From positions 2,694,077 through 2,736,014 of the forward strand of contig NC_057719.1 in the NCBI RefSeq assembly GCF_004010195.1: a stretch of DNA of 41,938 nt, given 5' to 3'. This DNA comes from Chiloscyllium plagiosum (Eukaryota). The first letter of the stretch is position 1; the number at the start of each line of letters is the position of its first letter. Both the position numbers and the translations under genes were made by a program. Positions 12,641 to 24,544 of the stretch are shown in pieces. The notes under the pieces were generated by a model. That model worked only from the letters and a program-made list of their open reading frames with translations. It was not told the origin of the DNA and did no database searches.

Positions 12641-13019
12641 GAGGAAGGTTTGTCCAGCAGGCTAAGATAAAAGGTAGGGAGGTGGGACTTGGGGGAGGGG
12701 CGTCGGAAATGTGATAGGTGGAAAGAGGTCAAGGTGAGGGTGATAGGTCAGACTGGGGTGGGGGCGGGGAGGTCGGGAAGAAGATTGCAGGTTAGGAAGG
12801 CGGTGCTGAATTTGATGGATTTGACTGAGACAGGCTGGGGGGAGGGGAAATGAGGAAACTGGTGAAATCTGAGTTCATCCCTTGTGGTTGGAGGGTTCCC
12901 ACCCCAGTCTGACCTATCACCCTCACCTTGACCTCTTTCCACCTATCACATTTCCAACGCCCCTCCCCCAAGTCCCTCCTCCCTACCTTTTATCTTAGCC
13001 TGCTGGACAAACTTTCCTC

Positions 13020-13055
13020 ATTCCTGAAGAAGGGCTTATGCCCGAAACGTCGATT
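13020..13055 (+). ncRNA. Minimal type I hammerhead ribozyme motif
   Basis: CUGAAGA at 13024-13030, stem II GGGC/GCCC, GAAA, palindromic ACGU, GUC ending 13051; stem I weak. Confidence 0.75.
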
Positions 13056-13224
13056 CTCCTGTTCCCTGGATGCTGCCTGATCTGCTGCACTTTTCCAGCA
13101 ACACATTTTCAGCACTGATCTCCAGCATCTGCAGACCTCACTTTCTCCTCAGTGTATTTGTAATGCCTACATGATGACATTCCCCCATATAGGCTGAGAT
13201 TATTCATTTTAGGGTTCAAGTCTG

Positions 13225-13720
13225 GAAATGGGTAACTTAGTTGGCATCACACTGGTAAGGCCACATTTGTAGTACTGCATGTAGTTCTGGTTGCTGTATG
13301 TTTGAGTTATAAGGAGAGGCTGGATAGGCTGGAATGTTTCCCCCAGAGAATAGGAGTTAGAGGGGTGGCTTTATAGATGTTTATGAAATCATGAGAGGCA
13401 TAGCCAAGTTGGACTGCCATGGTATGGAAGTCTAGACAGCATAGGTTTAAGGTGAGAGGGGAGAGCTACAAAAGGGTCCAGAGGGGTTATTTTTTCACTC
13501 AGAGGACAGTGAGTGTCTGGAACAGGCTGTCAGAGATGGTGTGGCGGAGGTGAGTATAATTTTATCATTTAAGAAACATTTGGACAGGTACATGGATGGA
13601 TAATATATGGAGGGATGTGGACCAAACATAGGCAAAAGGCATTGGTTGAATTGTGAAAACTGTGCAACATGGACAAATTGGACCAAAGGGTCTGTTTCCA
13701 TGCAATAAATCTCTACGACT
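13225..13720 (+). mobile_element. CR1 LINE 3' fragment
   Basis: Same 3' coding and UTR pattern as other CR1 copies. Confidence 0.8.
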
Positions 13721-13816
13721 TCCACCAAGCCTGTGGCCATCACTTCAAGCCCAAGTCTGCAACCTGTCAGAAGATGGTTCCTACTTTCATGAAGTCTCAT
13801 TACTCCCTTTGATCTA

Positions 13817-14222
13817 TGATTCGGATTTATGTAAAACTCTGTTATCTCACTTTTTAGATTGGAATCAATCTAAACATCAGGTCATAGACAGAGAACACAG
13901 GGGGCTAACACCTTCAACATATTGTCTAGCTATCACCATTGTTAACAGCTAACCCGAGAATGCAACTTTAAAAAAAAGTTTTGTGATTTACACATGAAAG
14001 AAGTGAAACTACCACTGTATTCTAATAGATGAAAGGTTTAACAGACAATCAATTCTTCAATGTATAATTTCAGTTACATCACACTGCAAATTTTTGCTAT
14101 AAATTCTGTGTTACGATCGAGCCCTCCACAATCACCTGGTGAAGGAGCGTCTCTCTGAAAGCTAGTGTGCTTCCAATTAAACTGTTGGACTATAACCTGG
14201 TGTTGTGTGATTTTTAACTTTT
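13817..14222 (+). mobile_element. Non-coding Penelope-type terminal insertion (third family)
   Basis: TSD TCCCTTTGATCTA at 13804-13816 and 14223-14235; hammerhead-like cac CTGGTGA AGGAG..GAAAGCTA gtg at 14133-14167. Confidence 0.7.
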
Positions 14223-14725
14223 TCCCTTTGATCTAGGCTATCTATGCTGCAAAGATTTTTCTCCCAGTGATTGGTGAAAGAGTCCTATTATTAGACCCAG
14301 TTCGATTGGACCAAGGCCACAGAACAGGTCAGCACTGTGAGCAGGTAGGAGCCAATGTAGAAAGAGGATGATCAATCTTCTGAGCTCCACAAGGCTGAAT
14401 GCCACCATCTTCTTAATGAAATTTCAGTCACTCAGTATCACTCTGCTATTGTACAACCATGTAACACTGGCATGCCAACTTCATCATCATATGCATGATG
14501 TGCACTGAAGGACTCACATCCACCGTTATGTTCTAACAATTCCAGGGCACTACTTTTCCCATTCAATGAGGATGAACATATTCTCATCATACACAATTCT
14601 TCTTTTTCTCTCTTAGTAAAAGACAGCGCACAGTAAGAGAGAGTTCAGATGAATAGAATGGTTACAGTTAGTTGCAACCTCGCCACATATAAGGATGAGG
14701 TCTTCCCAGCAAAGGGACTACTCAC

Positions 14726-14818
14726 CATTCATGGTAAACTAACAAAAGGAGCTGATGGTCCACTAGTGGATGAAAATGGGAAATTAACAGCATATAATTA
14801 AGAGATTTCGCTTCTTCC
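14726..14818 (-). other. Candidate exon (93 bp)
   Basis: ctctacag acceptor, consensus donor ATG|GTGAGT, single open frame EEAKSLNYMLLISHFHPLVDHQLLLLVYHE. Confidence 0.55.
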
Positions 14819-14889
14819 CTGTAGAGTATGCAAGAAATATCTCAGCGCTATGTGCAAATCTGAAGGTTAAAGGAAAACAGGAACTTTAT

Positions 14890-16932
14890 TTACATTATTA
14901 ATGACTTGGAAAATGGCACGGAAGGTGATATATCAAAATTTTCTAATAACACAAAGTTAGGTGGCATTATAGACAGTGTAGATGATAGCATAAAGTTATA
15001 AAAGGATATTGATAGACTAAGTGAATGGGCAAAACTGTGGCAGATGGAGTTCAATGTAAGTAAGTGTAATGTTATCCATCTTGGAGCAAAAAAAATGGAT
15101 CAAGGTATATTCTAGATGGTATGAAGTTAAACACAGTGTCCAAAGACACTTGGAGGTTCAGATGCATAGAGGTTTAAAATGTCTTGAACAGGTGTAGAAA
15201 GTTAATTGAAAGCTGACCTTTATATCAAAAGGACTGGAATACAAGAATGCAGAAGTTATGCTGCATAACTCAGGTTAGACTCCACTTGGAGTACTGAGAG
15301 CAGATCTAGGCAGCTTAAGAAGGATATATTGTTCTTGGAAAGAGGACAATGTACGTTTACAAGATTAATACCTTGACTTCAGGGGTTAGGAGAGATTATA
15401 CACACGAGGTCTGTTTTCTCCAGAATTTAGAAGATTAAGGAGTTATCGGATTGAATTCTTACTGAAAGAAAGGGTAGATAAACTTTTCCGATTGATTAAG
15501 GATTCTAGAACTAGGGGGCATAATCTGAAAATTAGAGTCAGACCATTCAGCATAAGTTAAGACATATTCGTGTGCGATTAGTAAGTTTGCAGATGACACT
15601 AAAATAGGCAGTATCGTGGACAGTGAGGAAGATTATCAGAAATTGTAGCAGGACCTTGATCAGCTGGGGAAGTGGGTCGAGAAATGACAAATGGAGTTTA
15701 ATATAGGTAAGTGTGAGGTCTTGCATTTTGTAAAGTCAAATCAAGGTAGGCGTTTCATGGTGAATGGTAGGATGTTAAGGAGTGTAGTGGAACAGAGGGA
15801 CCTTGGAGTTCAGGTTCACAGTTCTCTGAAAGTGAAGTCACCTGTAGACAGGGCAGAAAAGAAGGTTTTTAGCACACTGGTCTTTACCAGTAAGGGCATT
15901 GGGAATAGAGGTTGGGAAGTTATGTTACAGTTATACAGGACGTTGGTGAGGCCGCACTTGGAGTATTATATTCAGGTTTAGTCACCTTACTGAAGGAAGG
16001 ATATTATTAACCTGGGAAGAGTACAGAAGAAATTTACAAGGATGTTGCCAGGACTCAATGGTCTGAGTTATAGGGAGAATTGGACAAGCTAGATGTTTTT
16101 CATAAGACTATGGGAGACTGAAGAGGGACCTTATAAAAGTGTTAAAGATCATGAGAGGCATGGATAAGGTGAATGCACTTGGTCTTTTTCCCAGAGTTGG
16201 GGAATTGAGGACTAGAGCATCAGTTTAAGGTTAGAGAGGTAAAAATAAAAGGAACCTGAGGGGCAACTTTTATTACCCAGAGGGTGGGACACATTTGGAA
16301 TGAGCTGCCAGAGGAAATGGCTGAGGCAGATACATTAACAACATTTGATAGACATATGGACAAATATATGGATAGGGAAGGGTTAGAAGGATATATGGAG
16401 AAAGTGAGGACTGCAGATGCTGGAGATCAGAGCTGAAAATGTGTTGCTGGAAAAGTGGTGCAGGTCAGGCAGCATCCAAGGAGCAGAAGAATCGACGTTT
16501 CGGGCATAAGCCCTTCTTCATTCCTGAAGAAGGGCTTATGCCCGAAACGTTGATTCTCCTGCTCCTTGGATGCTGCCTGACCTGCTGCGCTTTTCCAGCA
16601 ACACATTTTCAGCTTAGAAGGATATGTGCCAAGTGCAGGAAATGGGTTAGCATGGATGGATATTTTGGTCAAATGGACCAGGGCTTGTCTCCATCCTGTA
16701 GGACACTATGTTTGGAAGCAATTCTATATACAGAGGGTGATAGATATTTAGAACTCATTTCCACAAATGGCAGTGGATGCTAAATGAGCTTTTAATTTTA
16801 AATCTCAGATCGATCAAGTTTTTTTAAGCAAAGGCATTAAGAAATTAATATAGGCTAAAGGCAGATAATCTCATTGAATGGTGAAACAGGCTTGAGGGCT
16901 GATTGGTCTACTCCTGTTACTATGTTCCTATG
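14890..16932 (+). mobile_element. Nested CR1 fragments (older copy split by a younger copy at about 15565-16710)
   Basis: SKFADDTK and MEFN..KC.V.H motifs occur twice; two 3' UTRs. Confidence 0.85.
16398..16613. mobile_element. Fold-back pLTR-only Penelope insertion
   Basis: Inverted arms meeting at about 16520; TSD TTAGAAGGATAT(A/G)TG at 16383-16397 and 16614-16628. Confidence 0.9.
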
Positions 16933-16939
16933 AACTTAG

Positions 16940-18255
16940 TGGAACTGTATTCACAAGGGAAATATTAATGAATAAACTGATTGAACTGCAGGTTTGGTCA
17001 TTTACAGGCCTTGATGGACTTTATCATAATGTCTTAAAAGCAATGGCTAATGCATTAGTAGGTGCATTAGTGTCAATTTTCCAAAGTTCATTGACTCTGA
17101 AAATGCTCCATCAGACTGGAAATTGGTAAATATAACCCCTCAATTCTAGGAGGGAGGGATACAGAAAACAGTAAACTGTAGTTTGATGTCTCTTGTATAA
17201 AGATATAAGATGATAAGTTTGCAGATGACACCAAAATTGATGGTACAGTAAACACTACCTCAGAATTCAGAACTTTGATCATACTGGCATATGGACCAAG
17301 GAGTGACAGATGGAACTTAATTTAGGTGAATGTGAAGGGCTGCATTTTGGTGGGCAAATCAGGCAGGACTTATACATTTAATGGTAGGTCCCTTGGGAGT
17401 GTTGCCAAACAGAGAGACCTGTTCATTGTTCCTTGAAAGCAGTGTCACAGGTTGACAGAGTAGTGAAGGTGTTTGGTAGGCTTGTCTTTATTGGTCAGTG
17501 CATTTGAGTGTAGGAGTTGGGAGGTCATATTACAGCTGCACAGACATTGGTGAGGTCACTTTTGGAATAGTGCATTCAATTCTGGTCTCCCTGCTATAGG
17601 AACAATGCTATTTAACTTGAAAGGGTTCAGAGAAGATTTGCAAGGATATTGCCAGGACTGGAGGGTTTGAGCTAGAGGGAGAGCTGAATAGACTGGGGTT
17701 ATTTTCTTTGGAGCATCGGAGGATGAGGGGTAACCTTACAGAAGTTTATAAAATCATGAGGGGCATGGATAGGGTGAATAGTCACTACCTTTTTCCCAGG
17801 GTAGAGCAGTCTGAACCTTGAGGGCAGAGATTTAAGGTGAGAGGAGAATGATTTAAAAGGACCCTAAAAGCATTCAGAACGTGGTGTGTGTATGGCATCA
17901 ACCACCAGATGAGATGATGAAGTCTGGTACAATTACAACATTTAAAGGGAATCTGAACGGTTGCATGAATAGTAAGATTTTAGAGGGATATGGACCAATT
18001 GCTGGCAAATGGGACTAGATTAATTTCGGATATCCGGTCGGCGTGGATGAGTTGAATCAAGGGACTGTTTCCATGCTGTACATCTCTAATGACTCACAAC
18101 CAATCATTAAGGAGCATTTGGAAAAAGTGAAGGTAAGTGGGAAACATCACTGTCATTTTAATCAAATTATTGAAATTCTTTGGAAGAATAATATGAGGGG
18201 GAACCCACTGTTATACTGTAATTGGTCTGCAGTAGGCATTTTTCAAGGTTTCAAG
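16940..18255 (+). mobile_element. Nested CR1 RT fragments (inner copy about 17200-18095)
   Basis: KFADDTKI motif and 3' UTR; outer decayed RT resumes after 18095. Confidence 0.75.
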
Positions 18256-18860
18256 AACAGAGGCTTCTGAGAAGGTAAGCAGTTTGATTTAAAAGTGCAT
18301 ACATCCGAGGTTTCGACCTCAGTGCTACAGCGGGTGCACAGAGAGGGAAGCCAGAAGGTAAGCGGAGACCAGTTTAAATTAACGTTTTTCTTTTTGCAGT
18401 CTGTGTTTTTTTTCAACTAGGAGCGGGAACCCGGAAGTCGTCAACAGAGGCTTCTGGGAAGGTAAGAAGTTTGAGTGGAGAAGGAACCCGAGACACTACA
18501 CGTGTTGTGTCTCCCACCCTCCCTCCTCCTCTAACCTAAAAAAAAGGACTCAGTTGGCTGAACAGGTAACTCATAGTGTTCTTGTTTTGGAGACTAAGTG
18601 TAGAGTTATGGCAGTGCAGGCAGTGGAATGTTCCTCCTGCAGGATGTTTGAGGTAGAGGTGACCACCGATGCTCCTGCTGACGTCACCTGCAGTAAGTGC
18701 AGTCAGCTCCAGCTCCTCACAGACTGCGTTAGGGAACTGGAGCTGGAGTTGGATGAACTGAGGATTATTCGAGAGGCTGATAGGTAGAAGCTACAGGGCC
18801 ATAGTTACGCCAGAGAACAGAGGTAGCTGGGTAACAGTTAGAGGTGGGAAGGGGAACAGA
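18256..18860 (+). mobile_element. CR1 5' UTR and ORF1 N-terminus
   Basis: CSSC..CSKC zinc finger followed by leucine zipper VRELELELDELR. Confidence 0.75.
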
Positions 18861-19297
18861 TGTTGCCAGTGGGACCAGAATGTCGCCAATGGGGCCAGAA
18901 TGTCTGCTTCAGAAGCAGCTCGTAAACAACTTTGAGCTCTGTGTCTTTTTTAGACAAAAGAAGCATGAATAGGTGGAATCAGACTCACAAAGAACCAGGG
19001 TTTTAGTTTTTTTTGGGACTTGGCTGTTGCAGCTGCTATATGCAACTTTTTCTGCTGCAGCCAAACGTTTGAGTTCTTTCTCTGTTGCTAGATTGCTTAT
19101 TTTGATATTCCTTTCTCTGGACTGAAGGCAGCATGTGAGTAATCTGTCTTGCTGAATTTGCATTTGCCAAGGGTGTGGTTTATGGAATGCTGCTATATTG
19201 GAATAGTTGATGATTAGCAGTTAAATAATATAGTCTTTTGTTATATATTTCAATAGAGTTAAAGTGATGCTAATTTTTCTTTTTGTAAATTTGTACA

Positions 19298-20959
19298 CCT
19301 CGGGGAATCTCCCATCCACTGCCTCCAACCTCATAGTCCCACAACCCCGCACCTCCCGCTTCTACCTCTTGCCCAAAATCCACAAACCTGACTGCCCCGG
19401 CCGACCCATTGTCTCCGCCTGCTCCTGCCCCACCGAACTCATCTCCGCATACCTTGACACCGTCCTGTCCCCCTTAGTCCAAGAACTCCCCACCTACGTT
19501 CGGGACACCACCCATGCCCTCCACCTGATCCATGATTTTCGCTTCCCCAGTCCCCAACGCCTTATCTTCACCATGGACATCCAGTCCCTGTACACCTCCA
19601 TCACCCATCACGAAGGACTCAAAGCCCTCCGCTTCTTCCTTTCCCGCCGTACCGACCAGTACCCTTCCACAGACACCCTCCTTCGACTGACTGAACTGGT
19701 CCTCACCCTGAACAACTTCTCCTTCCAATCCTCCCACTTCCTCCAAACGAAAGGAATAGCCATGGGCACCCGCATGGGCCCCAGCTATGACTGCCTCTTC
19801 GTAGGATATGTGGAACAATCCATCTTCCACAACTACACTGGCCCCACCCCCCACCTTTTCCTCCGCTACATCGATGACTGTATCGGCGCCGCCTCGTGCT
19901 CCCACGAGAGGTGGAACAGTTCATCCACTTCACCAACACCTTCCACCCCGACCTCAAATTCACCTGGACAGTCTCAGATTCCTCCCTCCCCTTCCTCGAC
20001 CTATCTATTTCTACCTCAGGCGACCGAATCAACACGGACATCTACTACAAACCGACCGACTCCCACAGCTAACTGGACTACACCTCCTCCCATCCTGCCC
20101 CATGTAAAAACGCCATCCCATTCTCCCAATTCCTTCGACCCCGCCGCATCTGCTCCCAGGAGGACCAGTACCAAAAACGNNNNNNNNNNNNNNNNNNNNN
20201 NNNNNNNNNNNNNNNNNNNNNNNNNNNNNNNNNNNNNNNNNNNNNNNNNNNNNNNNNNNNNNNNNNNNNNNNNNNNNNNNNNNNNNNNNNNNNNNNNNNN
20301 NNNNNNNNNNNNNNNNNNNNNNNNNNNNNNNNNNNNNNNNNNNNNNNNNNNNNNNNNNNNNNNNNNNNNNNNNNNNNNNNNNNNNNNNNNNNNNNNNNNN
20401 NNNNNNNNNNNNNNNNNNNNNNNNNNNNNNNNNNNNNNNNNNNNNNNNNNNNNNNNNNNNNNNNNNNNNNNNNNNNNNNNNNNNNNNNNNNNNNNNNNNN
20501 NNNNNNNNNNNNNNNNNNNNNNNNNNNNNNNNNNNNNNNNNNNNNNNNNNNNNNNNNNNNNNNNNNNNNNNNNNNNNNNNNNNNNNNNNNNNNNNNNNNN
20601 NNNNNNNNNNNNNNNNNNNNNNNNNNNNNNNNNNNNNNNNNNNNNNNNNNNNNNNNNNNNNNNNNNNNNNNNNNNNNNNNNNNNNNNNNTTCCCGACCTC
20701 TCCGCCCCCACCTCAGTCTGACCTATCACCCTCACCTTGACCTCTTTCCACCTATCACATTTCCAACGCCCTTCCCCCAAGTCCCTCCTCCCTACCTTTT
20801 ATCTTAGCCTGCTGGACAAACTTTCCTCATTCCTGAAGAAGGGCTTATGCCCGAAACGTCGATTCTCCTGTTCCCTGGATGCTGCCTGACCTGCTGCGCT
20901 TTTCCAGCAACACATTTCCAGCTCTGATCTCCAGCATCTGCAGACCTCACTTTCTCCTC
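19298..20959 (+). mobile_element. Young Neptune-type Penelope-like element, 5'-truncated, with gap
   Basis: FYLLPKIHKPDCPGRPIVS, RYIDD; pLTR with hammerhead at 20833-20860; possible ACA TSD. Confidence 0.9.
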
Positions 20960-20960
20960 A

Positions 20961-21276
20961 CAGGTACACAATCCTTTATCTGAAACACTCGGCATCAGCT
21001 GGTTTTTGGAATTTTTCGGATTTCAGAATAAGTGACAGTTTAATGGTGAAATTTTAAAAAATCTTACTGAACAGCAGATGCACCTATGAGTACTACGAAC
21101 CCTGAGACAGAATTGGTGCCCACCAGTGCTGGGCCATGCCCCCATGTCACATCTGAGTGACGTGGGTCGAGTGGGTGTGGAGTTGAGTTAACTGTTTGCA
21201 CGCCAAACAACCTTGTTATGGAGAAAAAAATTTCATGAAAAAATCTTTGGATTTTGGATAAAGGATTGTGTACCTG
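20961..21276. mobile_element. MITE, Tc1/mariner (Tigger/pogo)-like
   Basis: Perfect 20-bp TIR CAGGTACACAATCCTTTATC; non-coding interior; left TA recovered at 19294-19295. Confidence 0.8.
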
Positions 21277-21429
21277 TCTTTTAACTGTGCTGCAAATACA
21301 AAAGTATTTTACTAAAACCTTTGACCAACTGAATCACATCTGGAACACATGACTTTAAATCTGATAGAAGTGAGGTCTAGGCTATCTCTTTGATATATTT
21401 TGAGACTGTCTGGTCTGGCCCATAACAGT

Positions 21430-21740
21430 GATATGAGATTCTTAGGCATTGTTGGAGTAGTACTCATCCAAACAAGTGGAATGTATTCTTTCAGACGCTT
21501 GCAGCTGGCAGACAGTCCTTGGCAAGTCAGGAAGTGCATTACCCACTGTAGGATTCCTAGCTTCCAACCTGTTCTTATAGTAAGTATGTGGCTAGTTCAG
21601 ATCAATTGCTGATGAAGAGCTTATGCTTGAAACGTCAATTCTTCTGCTCATTGATTGCTGCCTGACCGGCTGTGCTTATCCAGCACCGCACACTTGACTC
21701 AGTTCAGCTACAGGTCAATGTAAACATCAGGATGTTGATA
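21430..21740 (-). mobile_element. Decayed CR1-group LINE fragment
   Basis: Reverse complement resembles about 26620-26840. Confidence 0.55.
21601..21700 (+). mobile_element. 100-bp pLTR insertion with hammerhead motif
   Basis: CTGATGA AGAGC TTAT GCTT GAAACGTC at 21609-21636; TSD AGTTCAG at 21594-21600 and 21701-21707. Confidence 0.75.
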
Positions 21741-22490
21741 GACTCTAAAGGATGCAGCAGCAATACATCAGCTATACTGCAAGCACTATTATTTTGATAT
21801 AATTTGTTATGAAGTTGAAAGAGTATATGTTGGCTTTAAGATAGAAAGTGTTTTCTGAATTTTTAAAGTAAATTTAAGGTACAGCCACAGCTGCTGAACA
21901 GAACAGCTAAGAGATGGGCTGATCCAAAACAGATACAAGTAACAAATGGCTGTTAAATGGGAATCTGAGTTTTGATTGCTGTTTTGACAACAATTCAAAT
22001 TTAACCAATTAACCAAAAGTTAAGTGAGTTTGAATGTATTACATTGACAACATCAGATCACTGACAGGGTATGATGTTGGGTGATATAAAACTAGGGCAT
22101 TCAGAAAATTGGTCAGTGCAATCGCTACCAAACAGCAGAGCAACTGCCATAAAGCCGAAGAGATGACTGCCCATCAAACATCTTGCTCTCAAAGAATTAA
22201 GGCACTCTGTATCAAAAGGTACTTTTTCCTGTAAAAACTGTAAGAAGTACACGATCCAGGGAGATCAGCAGACAAAAGGCTGAAGATAGCAGAGAAGACA
22301 GAGACTGTGTGGACTACGTTAATGCAGTGTTTAATAATTGTGTTACTGGAGAAGCATTTTTGTCGAGTTAGGGTCAGATGTAATTAATTAAGACACAGGG
22401 TTTTCAATTTGTTAGTAGTTTTTTATTAGTGTTCTGTTAAGAAAATAAATTGTTATTGCTTTTCTTTAAATACTGGAAATTAGGAGTTCT

Positions 22491-23857
22491 GTATGTAAGT
22501 TAGCTTGCTGAGCTTGAAGGTTTCACATCAATCATAATCGACCTGGCCAAAGAAACAGTGGCATCACTATGAGGAAAACCAGGACCACAAACACCAGACA
22601 GCACCAACTTCATCAGCAAAGACAACATCCTTAAGCTAGTGGACCTATGCCTCACCACCCTATTCACATTCAATAAAAAAACTACAAACAAGTCAACAGA
22701 ACACCTATGGGATCACCAATATCAGGGCTCATAGTGGAAGCAGTAATGCAGAAACCTGAACAAGTTGCCCTCCCATCTATTCAACCTAAACTTTGGGTCC
22801 GCTACGTAGATGACACCTTTGTCATTACAGAATGGTTACCAATTAGAGGAAACATACAACACCATCAACAGTAACCTGACAGGCATAACATTCACAAAAG
22901 AGGAGGATAATGACAACAGACTCCCATTCCTAGACGTAGCAGTTGAACATACAGTTAACGGAGACCTTCAAACCAGCATCTACAGAAAAACAATAAACAC
23001 AGACCAAATACTTAACTTCAGAAGCAATCATCCCAACACCCATAAACGGAGCTGTATCAAGACATTATTTCAATGAGCTACATTATACTGCAGCACCCAA
23101 GAACTACAAAAAACAGAAGATAATCATCTATACGTTTTCAAGACAACTAGGTACCCAATAAACACAATCTGCCGATTGCTCAGAAACAAACAGACACAAC
23201 ACAACCAAAAACTATAGCCACATTATCTTATATCAAAGGCATATCAGAAATGACTTCCAGACTACTAAGACCCCTTGGCATCTTGTAGCCCACAAACCTA
23301 CCAACACACTTAAACAGCAACTAATGAACCCAAAGGATGCAATAGATATTACCAGCAAAACTAACTACAAGATACTATGCGGGAACTGTAAAAAACACTA
23401 CATCGGACAAACTAGCAGGAAACTTGCCACGAGGATATATGAACACCAACTGGCCACTAAAAGACATGACCCACTCTCACTAGTTTCCATACATACAGAA
23501 AAAGAAGGACAGCACTTTGACTGGGACAACACACACATCCTAGGACAGGCAAAACAAAGACACGCACAAAAATTCTTAGAGGCATGGCATTCTAACCAGA
23601 ACTCCATCAATAAACACATCAATTTAGACCTGATCTACCTTCCCTTGAAAAAAACAACTAGAAATGACATCACCCATCTTAAGAAATCAAAACCTATAAA
23701 TAGAGAGGCTGGACATACCACCAGCGCTACACCAGAGACTTTCACTGATGATGGTACCTAGAATGGTGACGAAACGTCTGAAAACAAACCTTCAAGCTTA
23801 GTGAGCTAACTTACATACTTATCATCAACCTGAACTACCAATCTTATCAAAAATCAC
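22491..23857 (+). mobile_element. Poseidon-type Penelope-like element (RT, GIY-YIG)
   Basis: PMGSPISG, RYVDD, LPFLDV, CKKHYIGQTSRKLATRIYEH; TSD TAGGAGTTCT at 22481-22490 and 23858-23867; inverted 5' piece 22491-22522. Confidence 0.93.
23740..23783 (+). ncRNA. Minimal type I hammerhead ribozyme motif
   Basis: UUUCA CUGAUGA .. GAAA CGUC UGAAA: 5-bp stem I, intact core, imperfect stem II. Confidence 0.8.
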
Positions 23858-24014
23858 TAGGAGTTCTCTTTCACTCCCTTTACACTTTGAACAGATTATG
23901 AAGCAATGCTAGATTTTCTGAGTGTGAGGTTTTAATTAACAGAGGGGTTTGGCCTCTGTGTCGTAACAAATGTATTAATTAATGACTCTAGATTTCATGA
24001 TATTTATTAGTACT

Positions 24015-24435
24015 CTATTCACTGGAGTTTAGAAGAAAGTGAAGTAATCTCACTGTGACATACAGCATTATTAAAGTGCTTGATAGAATAAAATGCTGAC
24101 AGAATGTTGCCCTTCATGGGAGAGTCTAGGACCACTGAGTATAGTCTCAGAATAATGGGATACCAATTTAAGGCTGAGATGAGGAGGCATTTCTTCTCTC
24201 CAAGGGTTGTGACTGTATGGAACGTCTTGCCACAGAGAGCTGGGGGCGAAGAGTCCTTGTATATATTTGGGGCTGAGATAAATAGATTCTTAATTGGTTG
24301 GGGAATCAAGGGTTACACAGAAAAGGTAACAAAGTGGATACAAGGAATGTCAGAGCAGCCATGATCTTATTGAATGGCGAAGCAGGCTTGAGGGAACGAA
24401 TGGCCCACTCATGTTCTTATTCCTTATGGTCTTAT
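24015..24435 (+). mobile_element. CR1 3' fragment
   Basis: FFSPRVVTVWNVLP and CTTATGGT tail. Confidence 0.85.
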
Positions 24436-24544
24436 ACATTATTGTAATTCTTTTTTAAGTCAAATGACTTTGGAAAACAAACAGCCAAGCATAGTTTTCA
24501 GGGCAATTTAATGTGGGGTTTATTCCACTTAATTAGTAAAAAAC

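Larger units (their letters stand above)
11593..13149 (+). mobile_element. Young Neptune-type Penelope-like element: RT fragment, gap, inverted pLTR pair
   Basis: TMDIQSLYTSI, GVAMGTRMGPSYA, RYIDD; TSD CAGTGTATT at 11584-11592 and 13150-13158. Confidence 0.9.
18861..21427 (+). repeat. Gypsy-type solo LTR interrupted by a Penelope element and a MITE
   Basis: Ends GTCTGGTCTGGCCCATAACA like 37245-37264; shares TGCCAAGGG block; left end uncertain, no TSD found. Confidence 0.6.
21805..23968 (+). repeat. Solo LTR interrupted by a Penelope element
   Basis: TGTTATGA..TCGTAACA inverted termini, flanks AATT/AATG, AATAAA at 22444-22449. Confidence 0.7.

Noticed and set aside
11852..12670. Long ORFs spanning N-runs (also 19264-20780 and 31842-33518)
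   Set aside because: Lengths are inflated by assembly gaps; the flanks are Penelope sequence
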